DNA from: an uncultured Gemmatimonadales bacterium
Lineage (GTDB): Bacteria; Gemmatimonadota; Gemmatimonadetes; Gemmatimonadales; Gemmatimonadaceae
Assembly: GCA_963851265.1 (NCBI GenBank)
Contig: CAWKNZ010000010.1
Coordinates: forward strand, 151,026 to 215,025
DNA length: 64,000 nt
Direction: 5' to 3'
The position numbers and the translations under genes are program-made. Position 1 is the first letter of the stretch. Each line of letters begins with the position of its first letter. The notes beneath the pieces were generated by a model that was given only the letters and a program-made list of their open reading frames with translations, had not been told where the DNA came from and ran no database searches. Positions 40,539-49,852 of this stretch are shown here, piece after piece.

Positions 40539-42326
40539 GACGCTATAGGAAAAGCCCGAGATTTCTCTGGCGTTAGGCAGATCCGGGCGCAAGATTGGCG
40601 GTGTCGCGTTGCTGCCGTGCTGCCCCGCCCCCGAGCGCCCCGCCCATGGCCCGCTACAAGCATATCGACCAGAGCCCGCGGTTTCTGCCGGTCGACTTGG
40701 CCGCGCAGCTCCTGCCCGGCACGTTCGAGCACGCGGCGTATCATCTCCTGCGCGGCGCAATCGACCTGTCGCGCTTCGACGCCCGGTTCCGCAACGACGC
40801 CACGGGGGCGCCCGCGTACCCGCCCGCGATGCTCCTCACGGTCGTACTGTGTGCGTACGCACACGGCGGCGTCAGCAGTCGCGCCATCGAACGGCTCTGC
40901 CGTGAACACGTCACGTTCATCGCGCTGTGTGGAGACACGGCGCCCCACTTCACCACGATCGCCCAGTTCGTCAGCACGCTCGGGGCCGACATCGCCCACG
41001 TCTTCGCCGCGGTCCTCGCGATCTGCGATCAGCAGGGCCTGATCGGCCGCGAGATGTTTGCCATCGACGGTGTGAAGCTTCCAAGCAACGCCAGCAAGCG
41101 GCGCAGCGGCACGCGGGCCGACTTCGAGCGGCTGGCGACGAAGCTCGAAACCGCCGCGGCCGCGATGCTCGCCCGGCACCGGGCCGAGGACGCGCGGCCC
41201 GTCGAGCCGGACGTGGCCGCGAAGGACACGGCGCGCCGGGAACGCCTCGAGCATGATGCCGCCGAGCTCCGCACCTGGCTCGCCGCCCATCCAAAGGACC
41301 GGCGCGGGCCCTCGGGCGGCGTGCGGCATAGCAACCGGACCGACCACGAGAGTGCGAAAATGGCCACGGGCAAGGGTGTCATTCAGGGCTACACCGGGGT
41401 GGCCGCGGTCGATGCCAAGCACCAGATCATCGTCGACGCCCAGGCGCACGGCACGGGAGCGGCGCGACCGGCGCGGAGCAGGAGCTGCTCATCCCCATGG
41501 TCACCGCCCTACAGCCGGTGCTCGCCCCTACGACCGTGCTCACCGCCGATGCCGGCTACCACAGCGAGGCGAACCTGCACCACTTGGCTGAGCAGCGGAT
41601 CGACGCGCTCGTCGCCGACAACGATCTCCGCCGGCGTGACGAGCGCCTCGCCACGCAGGATCACCACCGCACCGCGCCGCATCCGTTGCGCGCCCTGACG
41701 GGCGGGCGCCCGGAGCCACGGGTCTTTCAGCCGGCGGACTTCACGTACGACGCGGACGCGCGGACCTGCGTGTGTCCGGCGGGCAAGACGCTCTACCGCT
41801 CGGGCCGTGACGTGGTCACCCGGGGCTACGTCGCCGACCACTTCCGCGGGGCCAAGCGCAACTGCGGTCCCTGCTCGCTCCGAACCCAGTGTCTGCGCAC
41901 GCCCGACCGCACGCCGACGCGTCAGGTCGCGTTCTTCCACGGCACGGCGCCCGATTCGCCGGAAACGCATACGGTCCGGATGAAGCGGCGGCTCGACACG
42001 GCGGAGGGCCGGGCGGAGTACGGACGCCGCTTCGCGACCGTGGAGCCCGTCTTCGGCAACCTGCGGGCGAACAAACGGCTGGACCGCTTCACGCTCCGGG
42101 GCCGCGCGAAAGTCGACGCTCAGTGGAAGCTGTACTGCCTGGTACACAACATCGAGAAGCTCGCCCATCACCCCTACGCCGCCCCGGTCGCCGCCTAACG
42201 AAGGAACCGGGGCACCGCCTCGGATACGGCCGCCGCGACGGTCGACTCGCCCGCGAGTCCGTGATGCCCAATCGCCACGTCCTAACGCGGCCGAGGGCGC
42301 CCAGAACTGGCTTTTTCTACATCTTC
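40539..42326 (+). mobile_element. IS1182-family element inserted in the attC core with an AAC duplication
   Basis: IRL GACGCTATAGGAAAAGCC vs IRR(rc) GAAGATGTAGAAAAAGCC (14/18); AAC on both sides. Confidence 0.88.
40646..42198 (+). pseudogene. IS1182 transposase, frameshifted near 41455-41470
   Basis: GAPAYPPAMLL, SSRAIERLC, AIDGVK, then LTADAGYHSE, CPAG, RFATVEPVFGN in a second frame. Confidence 0.88.
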
Positions 42327-42429
42327 AACGCCCGAGTTCAGCTGCAAGCTGTCGGGGCGGCGCGGCGGTCGCGAGCGACGGCGCGCGCCGGGACGCATGG
42401 CCCTCTGCGCATACGTGGCCGCTGCAACG

Positions 42430-42732
42430 TCACGTTGGGCGGCGGCGCGCCGCCCGCGACCGCCCGGGTCGCGCGTGCCACAGCACCTCGAGCAGGTCGA
42501 CCGCCGCCGCGACGGCCGCCGTCACCGCGCCGGCGACGAGCACCCACCGGAACCGGGCCGCGGGATCGGCGAGCACCATCCGCGCGTCCGTCGCGTCGGC
42601 CCAGACGACCAGCAGGGCCCAGCACGCCGCCGCCTGGACCGACCGGCGGACCCAGACGAGCGCGAACCCGAGCGCGCGCGCGAGGGGCCGACTGGCCAAC
42701 GCGGCCGGAGCGTTTCGGTCGTGAGCAGTCAT
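42430..42732 (-). CDS. Cassette: small hypothetical membrane protein
   Basis: Fills the inter-attC space; two hydrophobic segments. Confidence 0.55.
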   Translation of the reverse strand: MTAHDRNAPAALASRPLARALGFALVWVRRSVQAAACWALLVVWADATDARMVLADPAARFRWVLVAGAVTAAVAAAVDLLEVLWHARPGRSRAARRRPT

Positions 42733-42754
42733 GGGTTCCTCAAGGTTCGTTGCC

Positions 42755-42850
42755 GCCCAACGCCACGTTCAGCTGCGCAGCGGGCCGCCCGGAGCCATCC
42801 CGCCACGAGGCAGGTCGGCCCGCTGCGTCTGCTGCAACGCCACGTTAGGC
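42755..42850 (-). repeat. attC (short class)
   Basis: GCCCAAC...GTTAGGC. Confidence 0.9.
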
Positions 42851-43189
42851 GGCGGGACCACTGACCTCGACCAGCGGCTCCCCGGCGGACAGGAGCGCCG
42901 CGACCCGCGGCCAGGCGCCGCCGAACAGCTCGCGCAAGTACGCGTTGCTCGTGTTCCCGCACGTCAGCCAGATGACCTGCGGCGGCGGACCGTGGCGCTG
43001 CAGGAGCTCGACGAAGTCGCTGTCCTTCGTGAGGACGACCGCCCCGGCCGCGCGCGCCCGGGCGAAAATGACCGGGTCCTCCGCCTCGGGCAGCCCGAGA
43101 TCGCGGACCGCGTGCGCGTCCACGCCGAACGTGCGTCGCAGCCAGCCGGCCAACGCGGGCGAGACCTGCGCGTCCGTCCAGACCGTCAT
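42845..43189 (-). CDS. Cassette: DUF5615 PIN-like toxin
   Basis: WTDAQVSPALA, HAVRDLGL..AED, LTKDSDF, GPPPQVIWLTCGN. Confidence 0.88.
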   Translation of the reverse strand: MTVWTDAQVSPALAGWLRRTFGVDAHAVRDLGLPEAEDPVIFARARAAGAVVLTKDSDFVELLQRHGPPPQVIWLTCGNTSNAYLRELFGGAWPRVAALLSAGEPLVEVSGPAA

Positions 43190-43207
43190 CGGCCAGGCGA
43201 CCGCGTC

Positions 43208-43441
43208 CTACGCCGCGAGCACCGGATGGTCAACGCGGCGCCGCGCGAATCGGACGCACGCGGCCACGTCCGCCGGCTCGAGGTCGGGCAACTCCGCGAC
43301 GACCTCCGCCGCGCTCAAGCCGACGGCGAGGAGGTCGAGAACGTCCACGACACGGATGCGCATGCCGCGCACGCACGGGCGCCCGCCGCACTGGTCGGGG
43401 TTGACGGTGATCCGATCTATCAGCTCGACGGTCTGGCCCAT
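43208..43441 (-). CDS. Cassette: DUF433 antitoxin
   Basis: RITVNPDQCGGRPCVRGMRIRV.DVL. Confidence 0.92.
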   Translation of the reverse strand: MGQTVELIDRITVNPDQCGGRPCVRGMRIRVVDVLDLLAVGLSAAEVVAELPDLEPADVAACVRFARRRVDHPVLAA

Positions 43442-43532
43442 GGCGCGCTCGCGGGAGGAAGGGGACGGCGGAAGATAGCATCCCCGCAGCTGGCCGGCGC
43501 ACCCGACCGGTCGCGCGACCCTGCTCGGAGAC

Positions 43533-43629
43533 GCCTAACGCCCAAGCTCAGTTGCAAAGCCGCAGGGCTGGAGCCCGGCCCCGCGGCGGAGCGGTGCGCG
43601 GCTTTGACAACTGCAGCGCCTCGTTAGGC
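43533..43629 (-). repeat. attC (short class)
   Basis: GCCTAAC...GTTAGGC. Confidence 0.9.
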
Positions 43630-43633
43630 GCTG

Positions 43634-43900
43634 CTACGCCGCCGCCCGCCCGGCTTGCCGGCGCGCCACGTCCGCCAGCGCGCGCAACGCCGCGTTGACG
43701 GACTCGGCCGTGGGGTAGACCGCTGCCACATCCGGGTCGAGGACGACCACGTTCGTACCCTCGGCGTAGCGGGCCGCGTACTTGCCCCGCTCCGCGCCAC
43801 GAAAGTCGTACTCGGGCAGGATCTCGTCCGCGTCCACGTCCGCCGGGTCCACCCCGGCCGGGTCGGCCGGGTCCGGGCGCTCAGAAGGTGCCGTGCTCAT
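43634..43900 (-). CDS. Cassette: BrnA-like antitoxin
   Basis: EILPEYDF.GAERGKYA, VVLDPDVA..YPT.ESVNAALR. Confidence 0.8.
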   Translation of the reverse strand: MSTAPSERPDPADPAGVDPADVDADEILPEYDFRGAERGKYAARYAEGTNVVVLDPDVAAVYPTAESVNAALRALADVARRQAGRAAA

Positions 43901-44165
43901 AGGTGCCCCGCTCGCGGCGGGTGGCTTCGCGTGCGCTGATGAGCCGGGTGCGCGGGCCGCGCTCCGTGTAGAACACGGCGAGCAGCCGGCCCCGGGCGGA
44001 CCGCCCCAAGATGGCGAAGCGCGCCTCGCCGTGCGAGTGCCGCGGGTCGGGGCGGCTGAACGAGAGCGGGTCGGCGAACACGGTGCTCGCCTCCTCGAAG
44101 GCGACGCCGTGCTTGGCCGCGTTCGCGGCCGCCTTGTCCAAGTCCCATTCGAACTCGAGCGCCAT
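43881..44165 (-). CDS. brnT: Cassette: BrnT family toxin
   Basis: FEWDLDKAAAN..KHGV.FEEA..VF.DP, E.RF..LG, RLISAR.AT.RER. Confidence 0.92.
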   Translation of the reverse strand: MALEFEWDLDKAAANAAKHGVAFEEASTVFADPLSFSRPDPRHSHGEARFAILGRSARGRLLAVFYTERGPRTRLISAREATRRERGTYEHGTF

Positions 44166-44199
44166 GCCCCAAGATAGCCGAACGCGCAAACCGTGGAGC

Positions 44200-44317
44200 G
44201 CCTAACGCCCAAGTTCACGTGCGGGTTGTCAGGGCGCGGTACTACATGCGGACGACGAGGCCCGCGGGTGCACCGGAGTGTCCGCGCAGACCCGACACGT
44301 GCAACGCATCGTTAGCT
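44200..44317 (-). repeat. attC
   Basis: GCCTAAC...GTTAGCT. Confidence 0.88.
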
Positions 44318-44812
44318 GGCTGGCGCAGCCGACTCACTTTTCAGCGCCGTCACGTCAAAGGCCCGGTACCCGCGTGGATCACGGAGCAGCGGCGGCACTC
44401 GCTCCGCGTCGCTGATCGTGAAGGACCGAACGTCCCGGAGTTCCGGTATCCGTTCTGGGCCGGCCCACTCCGGCACCAGACGGCAGCCGTCGAATACGGC
44501 CAGTCCAAGACGGTGCTCGCGGACGCCGACGACGACGCGCTCCCCAGGGTAGAGCGGGAGGGCGCCGCGTTGCAGCGAGTACACGGGGCGGAGGGCCGCC
44601 CGCGTGCGCGCCACCCAGCGCCCGCCCACAAGCGTCGAGTCACCCGCGCTCTGTCCGGTCACATGTGCCTCGACCGGCACACAGGTGCTGTCCTGCGCCC
44701 GAGAGAGTGGGGACTGCGCGCGCGCCGGATGTGCCACGACCAGCGCCGCACTCGCGGCGGCGGTGACGAGACGAAAGGCCGATGTATTCACGAGTCGGTG
44801 TTCACGGGGCAT
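44312..44812 (-). CDS. Cassette: secreted hypothetical protein
   Basis: Signal peptide ending ARA-Q; stop in the attC TAA; start uncertain. Confidence 0.6.
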   Translation of the reverse strand: MPREHRLVNTSAFRLVTAAASAALVVAHPARAQSPLSRAQDSTCVPVEAHVTGQSAGDSTLVGGRWVARTRAALRPVYSLQRGALPLYPGERVVVGVREHRLGLAVFDGCRLVPEWAGPERIPELRDVRSFTISDAERVPPLLRDPRGYRAFDVTALKSESAAPAS

Positions 44813-44835
44813 GCACTGCGCGGATGTGTGTCGCC

Positions 44836-44954
44836 ACCTAACGCCTCAAGTTCAGCTGCAAGTCTTCGGGGCGGCGCGGCGGCCGCGTGCGACGGTCATC
44901 GCCGGGGCGCACGGGCAGCCCCGCGTACTTGGCAGCTGCAACGTATCGTTAGGC
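44836..44954 (-). repeat. attC
   Basis: ACCTAAC...GTTAGGC. Confidence 0.9.
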
Positions 44955-45197
44955 GGCCCCGCGCAGCGCCCCGACGGGCCGGACCGCGAGCAGGTCGTCG
45001 TCGGCCACCGGCCGCACGTCCGTGGCCGCCAACGTCCGCAGCGCCTGCGTCCGCCCGGCGGCCGTCACGAACTCGACCTCGAGCGCGTCGGGCGTGTACA
45101 CCTCGACGACGGCCCCGAGGTCGCCGGCCTTCAGGCCGGCCTCGGGCAGGTCGCGCACAAGAACCACGGTGTCGAGCTCGCGGAACGGCGGCGTCAT
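44949..45197 (-). CDS. Cassette: DUF4926-like protein
   Basis: ELDTVVLVRDLPEAGLKAGDLGAVVEVY...EVEFV...G.T.AL. Confidence 0.85.
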   Translation of the reverse strand: MTPPFRELDTVVLVRDLPEAGLKAGDLGAVVEVYTPDALEVEFVTAAGRTQALRTLAATDVRPVADDDLLAVRPVGALRGAA

Positions 45198-45538
45198 GGG
45201 CGGGGCTCCCCGGGGTAGGCGGACACGAGCCGGGGCGCGTCCTCCCCGGCGCGGACGATCCAGGCGGTCAGCACCCACGCGGCCCGGCCGCCCGGCCCCT
45301 GGATGATACCGCGCACGACGTACTTCTGCCCGAACACGGTCGCCTCGCCCGGCTCGGCGTCGTGTCCGAGGGCGACGGCCAGGAGCGCGTCCCGGAGCAG
45401 CCGCCAGCCGTCGCGGGTGAAGCCGAGCGCGGCGAAGAACCGCGCCTTCGCGCCGCCGACGGGGTGATCGGAGGCGCGCAGATAGTCGCGGACCTTCGCG
45501 GGCGCGACCACCGCGCGCTCGACATTCGGGAGCCTCAT
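45194..45538 (-). CDS. Cassette: DUF6883-like protein
   Basis: LPN.ERAVV..AKVRDYL...HP.G..KARFF..LGF, FGQKY.V.G, TAWI, PRLVSAYP. Confidence 0.82.
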   Translation of the reverse strand: MRLPNVERAVVAPAKVRDYLRASDHPVGGAKARFFAALGFTRDGWRLLRDALLAVALGHDAEPGEATVFGQKYVVRGIIQGPGGRAAWVLTAWIVRAGEDAPRLVSAYPGEPRP

Positions 45539-45566
45539 GGGTGCGGAACATAACCCACCGTCGGCC

Positions 45567-45684
45567 GCCTAACGCCCCAGCTCAGCTGCAAGCTGTCGGG
45601 GCGCGCTGCAGGACGCGAGCGACGGTGACGGCTGGGGCGGACGGGCGTCCCGGCGGACTTGGCAGCAGCAACGCCCCGTTGGGC
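45567..45684 (-). repeat. attC
   Basis: GCCTAAC...GTTGGGC. Confidence 0.9.
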
Positions 45685-45691
45685 AGCAGCA

Positions 45692-45904
45692 TCACGGCAG
45701 CTGGCGGAACTCCTCGGGCGTGAGTCCCGCGTCCCGCACGATCCCGCCCAGGGTGAACGCGTTCAGCGGATTGTGCCGCGGGATGGTCAGAATCCGCGTT
45801 CCGTCCGACATGACCGCGTGCTTCCCCTGCCGGACTACCCGGAAGCCGGCCTTCTCCAGCGCGCGCATCGCGTCCAGGTGATTGACGCCAGGAATACGGC
45901 CCAC
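45692..45904 (-). CDS. hicA: Cassette: HicA toxin
   Basis: RALEKAGF...RQGKH..M, LTIPRH, TL.GI.RDAGLT.EEF. Confidence 0.88.
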   Translation of the reverse strand: MGRIPGVNHLDAMRALEKAGFRVVRQGKHAVMSDGTRILTIPRHNPLNAFTLGGIVRDAGLTPEEFRQLP

Positions 45905-45910
45905 GACCGC

Positions 45911-46108
45911 CTACGCTGCGACCTCGACCTCGCGCACGTCCGCCCCGAGCAGGAGGTCATCGCGCGCGGCCAGGTACTCGGTCACGGCGTCGCGGATGTT
46001 GGCGAGCGCCTCGTCCTCGGTGGCGCCCTGCGACCAGCAGCCGGGCAGGCCGGGCACCCAGACGCTCACACCGTCCTCGTCGTGCTGCAGGGCTACACGG
46101 TACGTCAT
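45911..46108 (-). CDS. hicB: Cassette: short HicB antitoxin
   Basis: VWVPGLPGCWSQGATEDEALANIRDA. Confidence 0.9.
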   Translation of the reverse strand: MTYRVALQHDEDGVSVWVPGLPGCWSQGATEDEALANIRDAVTEYLAARDDLLLGADVREVEVAA

Positions 46109-46284
46109 GGCTCAGTCTCCGGATCGAGTCGGGGCGGCGCGGTCCCGCCGGGGGCAACATAGCGCCGCGCCGGCCGGGGCGGGTCGCAGATGCTGAATGC
46201 GCGGCTGCCCGGCGGCGGTGTAGCGATGCGACCCACGCGGAACGCGGCGGTACCGGACCGTCCCTATCACCGAGCATCGTTGCT

Positions 46285-46403
46285 GCCCAACGCCTCAAGT
46301 TCTGCTGCGAGTTGTCGGGGCGCGCTGCGGGTAGCGTACGCCAACGTCTGCCGGTGCGCCGGGGCGTCCCAGCATACTCGACAGCAGCAACGCCACGTTA
46401 GGT
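46285..46403 (-). repeat. attC
   Basis: GCCCAAC...GTTAGGT. Confidence 0.9.
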
Positions 46404-46422
46404 GGCGGCGTGACTCGCCCAG

Positions 46423-47070
46423 TCAGTGCGGCGCGAAGGTGAACGGGATCTGGATCATCTGGCGCACCGGACGCCCGTTGAGCTGCGCGGGCGCGAACCG
46501 GTACCCGGGGAGCACGGCCCGGACCGCCTGCTCGAAGCGCGGGTCCGACGACTCCAGCACGACCAGCGTCTCCGGCACCGGCACGCCCGCGCTGTCCACG
46601 GCGATCTGCACGACCACCTTGCCGCCGAGCGCGCGCGCCGCCGGCGGGTACGCCGGCGCCGCGCCGCGCACGAGCGCCGCCATCCGCTGCACCTCGAACT
46701 CGAAGTACATGTGCTGGGCCTCGGCCTCGGCGAGGGGCACGGCGAGTTCGCGCGGCTGCTCGGCGGACGTCGTCGCCGCGACCGAGTCGACGTGCGGCCG
46801 GGAGCCGTCCGGGAGCGAGACTTGGAGCTGGTAGAACCCGGCTGCCGGCACCGCGAGCACGAACCGGCCCGCGGAGTCGGCGCGCCCGTTGGCCACGAAG
46901 CGCCTCTCGCCCTGCGGCCGTACGCTGACGTATAGCGCGGGGGCGGGGTGACCGGAGCTCGCGTCGCGCAGCACGCCCGCCACAACTTGGGCGCCCGCGC
47001 GGCGCGTCGCGCCGGCCAGCAGGAGTCCACCCGCGGCGGCGTGCCACATCCGACTTCGACGAAAGATCAT
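46423..47070 (-). CDS. Cassette: TonB C-terminal domain protein with an N-terminal carboxypeptidase-regulatory-like domain
   Basis: YFEFEV, P.YP..AR..GG.VVVQ..VDS.G, RF.PAQLNGRPVRQ..Q.PF.F. Confidence 0.85.
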   Translation of the reverse strand: MIFRRSRMWHAAAGGLLLAGATRRAGAQVVAGVLRDASSGHPAPALYVSVRPQGERRFVANGRADSAGRFVLAVPAAGFYQLQVSLPDGSRPHVDSVAATTSAEQPRELAVPLAEAEAQHMYFEFEVQRMAALVRGAAPAYPPAARALGGKVVVQIAVDSAGVPVPETLVVLESSDPRFEQAVRAVLPGYRFAPAQLNGRPVRQMIQIPFTFAPH

Positions 47071-47098
47071 GACCTTCCCGTTCGGTAAAGTGTGGGCC

Positions 47099-47195
47099 AC
47101 CTAACGCTTCAAGTTCACCTGCAAAGCGGCCCATGCGGAGCCGTACGTACCGCGGATCGTCGGGCCGCTTTGTCAGGTGCAACGTCTCGTTCGGC
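47099..47195 (-). repeat. attC (short class)
   Basis: ACCTAAC...GTTCGGC. Confidence 0.9.
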
Positions 47196-47211
47196 GGCAC
47201 GCGCGCCCGCG

Positions 47212-47586
47212 CTACGCCCGGCGGGCGATGACGAGGAGCGCCGCGGCGGGGTCTGCCGCGAACGCGACCACGTCGGCGTGCCGCGCCCGGAGCGCGGTCT
47301 CCACGTCGGCCGTGGCGCAGTTGCCGAGTCTGGCCCAGACCACCTTGGGCGGTGGCCCGCGCAGGAAGCTGCGCTGTCGGAAGTCGTCGTCCTTGGTCAC
47401 GATCGCGTACCCGCCGGCGGCCGCGTGGGCCCAGATCGCCTCGTCGTCCGCCGCCGCCAGCCCGGCGTCCCGCACGTGGGCCGACCCGGGGTACAGGTCC
47501 GCCAACCGCCGGGCGAGCGCCGGCGCGAGGTTCTGGTCGAAGAGGAGCGGCGGGCCCGGCGGCGGCGCGCCGCCGCCGGCCGTCAC
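47212..47586 (-). CDS. Cassette: DUF5615 PIN-like toxin
   Basis: LLFDQNL, SAHVRDAGL..ADD, IVTKDDDF, PPKVVWARLGN. Confidence 0.88.
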   Translation of the reverse strand: MTAGGGAPPPGPPLLFDQNLAPALARRLADLYPGSAHVRDAGLAAADDEAIWAHAAAGGYAIVTKDDDFRQRSFLRGPPPKVVWARLGNCATADVETALRARHADVVAFAADPAAALLVIARRA

Positions 47587-47810
47587 GCCGCGACGTCGCC
47601 GGCGAGGCGGCGCTCGCGGTCGGCGGCGAAGGCCAGGGCGGCGCGGATGTCCTCACGCTCCAGGTCGGGGAAGTCGGCCAGGATCGCGTCCTCGTCCATC
47701 CCGCCGGCCAGGTAGTCGAGGACGTCGTAGACGGTGATCCGCAGCCCGCGCAGGCACGGCTTACCGCCGCGCTTGCCCGGCTCGATGGTGATCCGCCCGC
47801 GGTAGTCCAT
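47583..47810 (-). CDS. Cassette: DUF433 antitoxin
   Basis: ITIEPGKRGGKPCLRGLRITVYDVL. Confidence 0.92.
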   Translation of the reverse strand: MDYRGRITIEPGKRGGKPCLRGLRITVYDVLDYLAGGMDEDAILADFPDLEREDIRAALAFAADRERRLAGDVAA

Positions 47811-47885
47811 GGTCGGACGCTACTGCTCGGCCGCCCCGCGCGCTAGCCGGACCCCACGTTGCCTCGACGAACCCACCGGAGTGCC

Positions 47886-47982
47886 GCCGAACGCCAGAGT
47901 TCAGCTGCAAGGCCGCATACGCGATCTCTGCTGCCGGCGAGGGCCGCTGCGCGGCCTTGTCAGCTGCAATGATTCGTTCGGC
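47886..47982 (-). repeat. attC (short class)
   Basis: GCCGAAC...GTTCGGC. Confidence 0.88.
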
Positions 47983-48001
47983 GGCAGCGCGTTGGGGCTA
48001 C

Positions 48002-48235
48002 CTACGCGGGATCAAGCGCGAAGGACTCGAGAGCGCCGCAGCGCGAACATCGGTAGGTGGCCACGCGGTAGCGCTCCCGGTCCCCGCCGCTCCCCTCGCC
48101 GAGCAGCGCGCCGACGACGCCGCTGCGGTGATCGCCGGACACCCAGCGGATGTCCTCCGAACCGTTGCGCTGGACCAGCATCCCGACTGCGGAACTGCCC
48201 TGGCACCGGTAGCAAGAGTGCGGCTCAGCATGCAT
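48002..48235 (-). CDS. Cassette: small double-CxxC Zn-ribbon protein (DUF6487/PF20097-like)
   Basis: CYRC...W.SG...TYRCSRCGALESFA. Confidence 0.7.
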   Translation of the reverse strand: MHAEPHSCYRCQGSSAVGMLVQRNGSEDIRWVSGDHRSGVVGALLGEGSGGDRERYRVATYRCSRCGALESFALDPA

Positions 48236-48269
48236 GCGAAGAGTAGGGTTAGAGTGGAGCGATTTGGCC

Positions 48270-48366
48270 GCCGAACGCCGCAAGTTCAGCGGCATAGCGG
48301 CCCGCGCTGCGCCTGATCGGCTGATGATGGTCGGACCGCTATGTCCGCTGCAACGCCTCGTTCGGC
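48270..48366 (-). repeat. attC (short class)
   Basis: GCCGAAC...GTTCGGC. Confidence 0.88.
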
Positions 48367-48390
48367 GGCCGCGCGCCAGACGCGCGCATA

Positions 48391-49008
48391 TCAGCAGCCT
48401 TCGGCCACCCGGCGCGCCACGAACCGGAACCGTCCTATCACGCTGTCCGGGGCGACCGAGGTGAGGACGATCCAGCCCGCGCGGGCATCCAAGCTGGTGT
48501 GGCAGAGCGACAACGGCCAGCGCCCGTCGGAGACCGGCGACACGGCGAAGCCCGCGCGAACGGTGTCGGGATCGAACGGGATGCCGCCCCCGCCGATCGG
48601 ATACCAGCCCGGCGGCGGGAGCCACCGCGGCACCGCGCGGCCACTCGGGTCGACCGGGGACCGGTCGGCGAGGCTGAAGTATAGCCCGGCGCACGACACG
48701 TCGAGCGAGCGCACCTCCACGCTGCGCCCCTCGTGCACGAGGTTCTCGCCGGTGAGCCGCCCAACCCGGACCGCGTCACCACCCCACGGCAGCGCCCCCG
48801 CCGCGACGTCGCGGCCATCCACGCGGACACGGCAGGTGCGCCCGCGCAACTCGCCCTCGACCGTGATGCGGTCGAAGTGCCACCAGGGCGCGTCTACGCA
48901 ACCCGCGGCGCAGCAGACGAGGAAGACCCAGCGCGCGAGCCGGCGCGGCCGGGCGGGAGCGGCCCGCGACTCCGGCCAGGTCGGGGCGTGCAACCGGATC
49001 GAACGCAT
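48391..49008 (-). CDS. Cassette: hypothetical (lipo)protein
   Basis: Fills the cassette; AAGC lipobox-like; C-terminal DSVIGRFRFVARR. Confidence 0.6.
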   Translation of the reverse strand: MRSIRLHAPTWPESRAAPARPRRLARWVFLVCCAAGCVDAPWWHFDRITVEGELRGRTCRVRVDGRDVAAGALPWGGDAVRVGRLTGENLVHEGRSVEVRSLDVSCAGLYFSLADRSPVDPSGRAVPRWLPPPGWYPIGGGGIPFDPDTVRAGFAVSPVSDGRWPLSLCHTSLDARAGWIVLTSVAPDSVIGRFRFVARRVAEGC

Positions 49009-49057
49009 AGCGCGAAGACGCCCACGCGTCCTGCGCGGTCACCCCAGCCCGTTGTCC

Positions 49058-49174
49058 GCCGAACGCACAAGTTAAGCTGCGGGCTTTCCGAGCGCGACGA
49101 ACCGCCCCTGTGATGGAGACAGCGGAGGAGCGAAGCATCCGTGCATACCCGGCAGCTTCAACGCTTCGTTAGCT
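49058..49174 (-). repeat. attC
   Basis: GCCGAAC...GTTAGCT. Confidence 0.88.
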
Positions 49175-49208
49175 GGCGGCTCGCCGACCCTCGGCTGCGC
49201 CGCCCCGG

Positions 49209-49700
49209 CTACCAGAAGTGCCACCACGGCTGCCGCACCTGCACCATGGCGAAGCCGCTGCACGGGCCGTCCAGCGGCTGCTCGGCCATGCGAACCCGCA
49301 GCCGCACCTCGCGCTGGGACGTGACGGTCAGGGTGTCGCGGACCATGGCATAACCAAGCCGGCGCACCTCGAGCCGGTACGTCCCCGGCGGGATGTTGGA
49401 GGCGGCAAACGCACCGTCGACGTCGGCGTACGCCACCACCGGCGGCGTGCCCGCGGCCCGGCGCAGCACGACGGCCGCCTGCTCCACGGGGGCGCCGTCC
49501 TGGCGCTCCACGCGGCCCCGCACCCCGGCCGCGCCGGCCGGGGCGCCCGGCTCGACCCGCTCGGCCAGACTGCGGCGCGAGTCCACCCCTCGACACGCGC
49601 CGGGTACGTCGAGCTCGTTGACCCAGCGATACCGCGGAGCGCACCCGGAGAGGGCGCCGAGCGTCAGCGCGAGAACGAAGGCAAAGCGACGGATACACAT
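49209..49700 (-). CDS. Cassette: lipoprotein with a carboxypeptidase-regulatory-like domain
   Basis: LSGC; VRGRV...GAPVEQAAVV; DG.F...IPPGTYRLEVRRLGY. Confidence 0.8.
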   Translation of the reverse strand: MCIRRFAFVLALTLGALSGCAPRYRWVNELDVPGACRGVDSRRSLAERVEPGAPAGAAGVRGRVERQDGAPVEQAAVVLRRAAGTPPVVAYADVDGAFAASNIPPGTYRLEVRRLGYAMVRDTLTVTSQREVRLRVRMAEQPLDGPCSGFAMVQVRQPWWHFW

Positions 49701-49852
49701 GCCGAAAGGACGATGAAGCCCGGAGCCAGCTAGAAGTTATGACTGGGCTGGCCCCCCGCTCTCGCGTGGGTTAGCTCCTGCAGCGCGAGCCGCAGTCACC
49801 AGAGCCACAGGCGACGGTAGAACGTTGTCGCCTAACATGCGGAGGACCCCCC

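Larger units (their letters stand above)
40532..42440 (-). repeat. attC split by IS1182 (40532-40538 plus 42327-42440)
   Basis: GTCTAAC [IS] AACgcccgagttcagctgc...GTTGGGC. Confidence 0.85.

Noticed and set aside
41440..41500. Programmed frameshift in the IS1182 transposase
   Set aside because: No slippery A-run; looks like a ~14-bp insertion disrupting the HGTG-EQELL motif, i.e. inactivation
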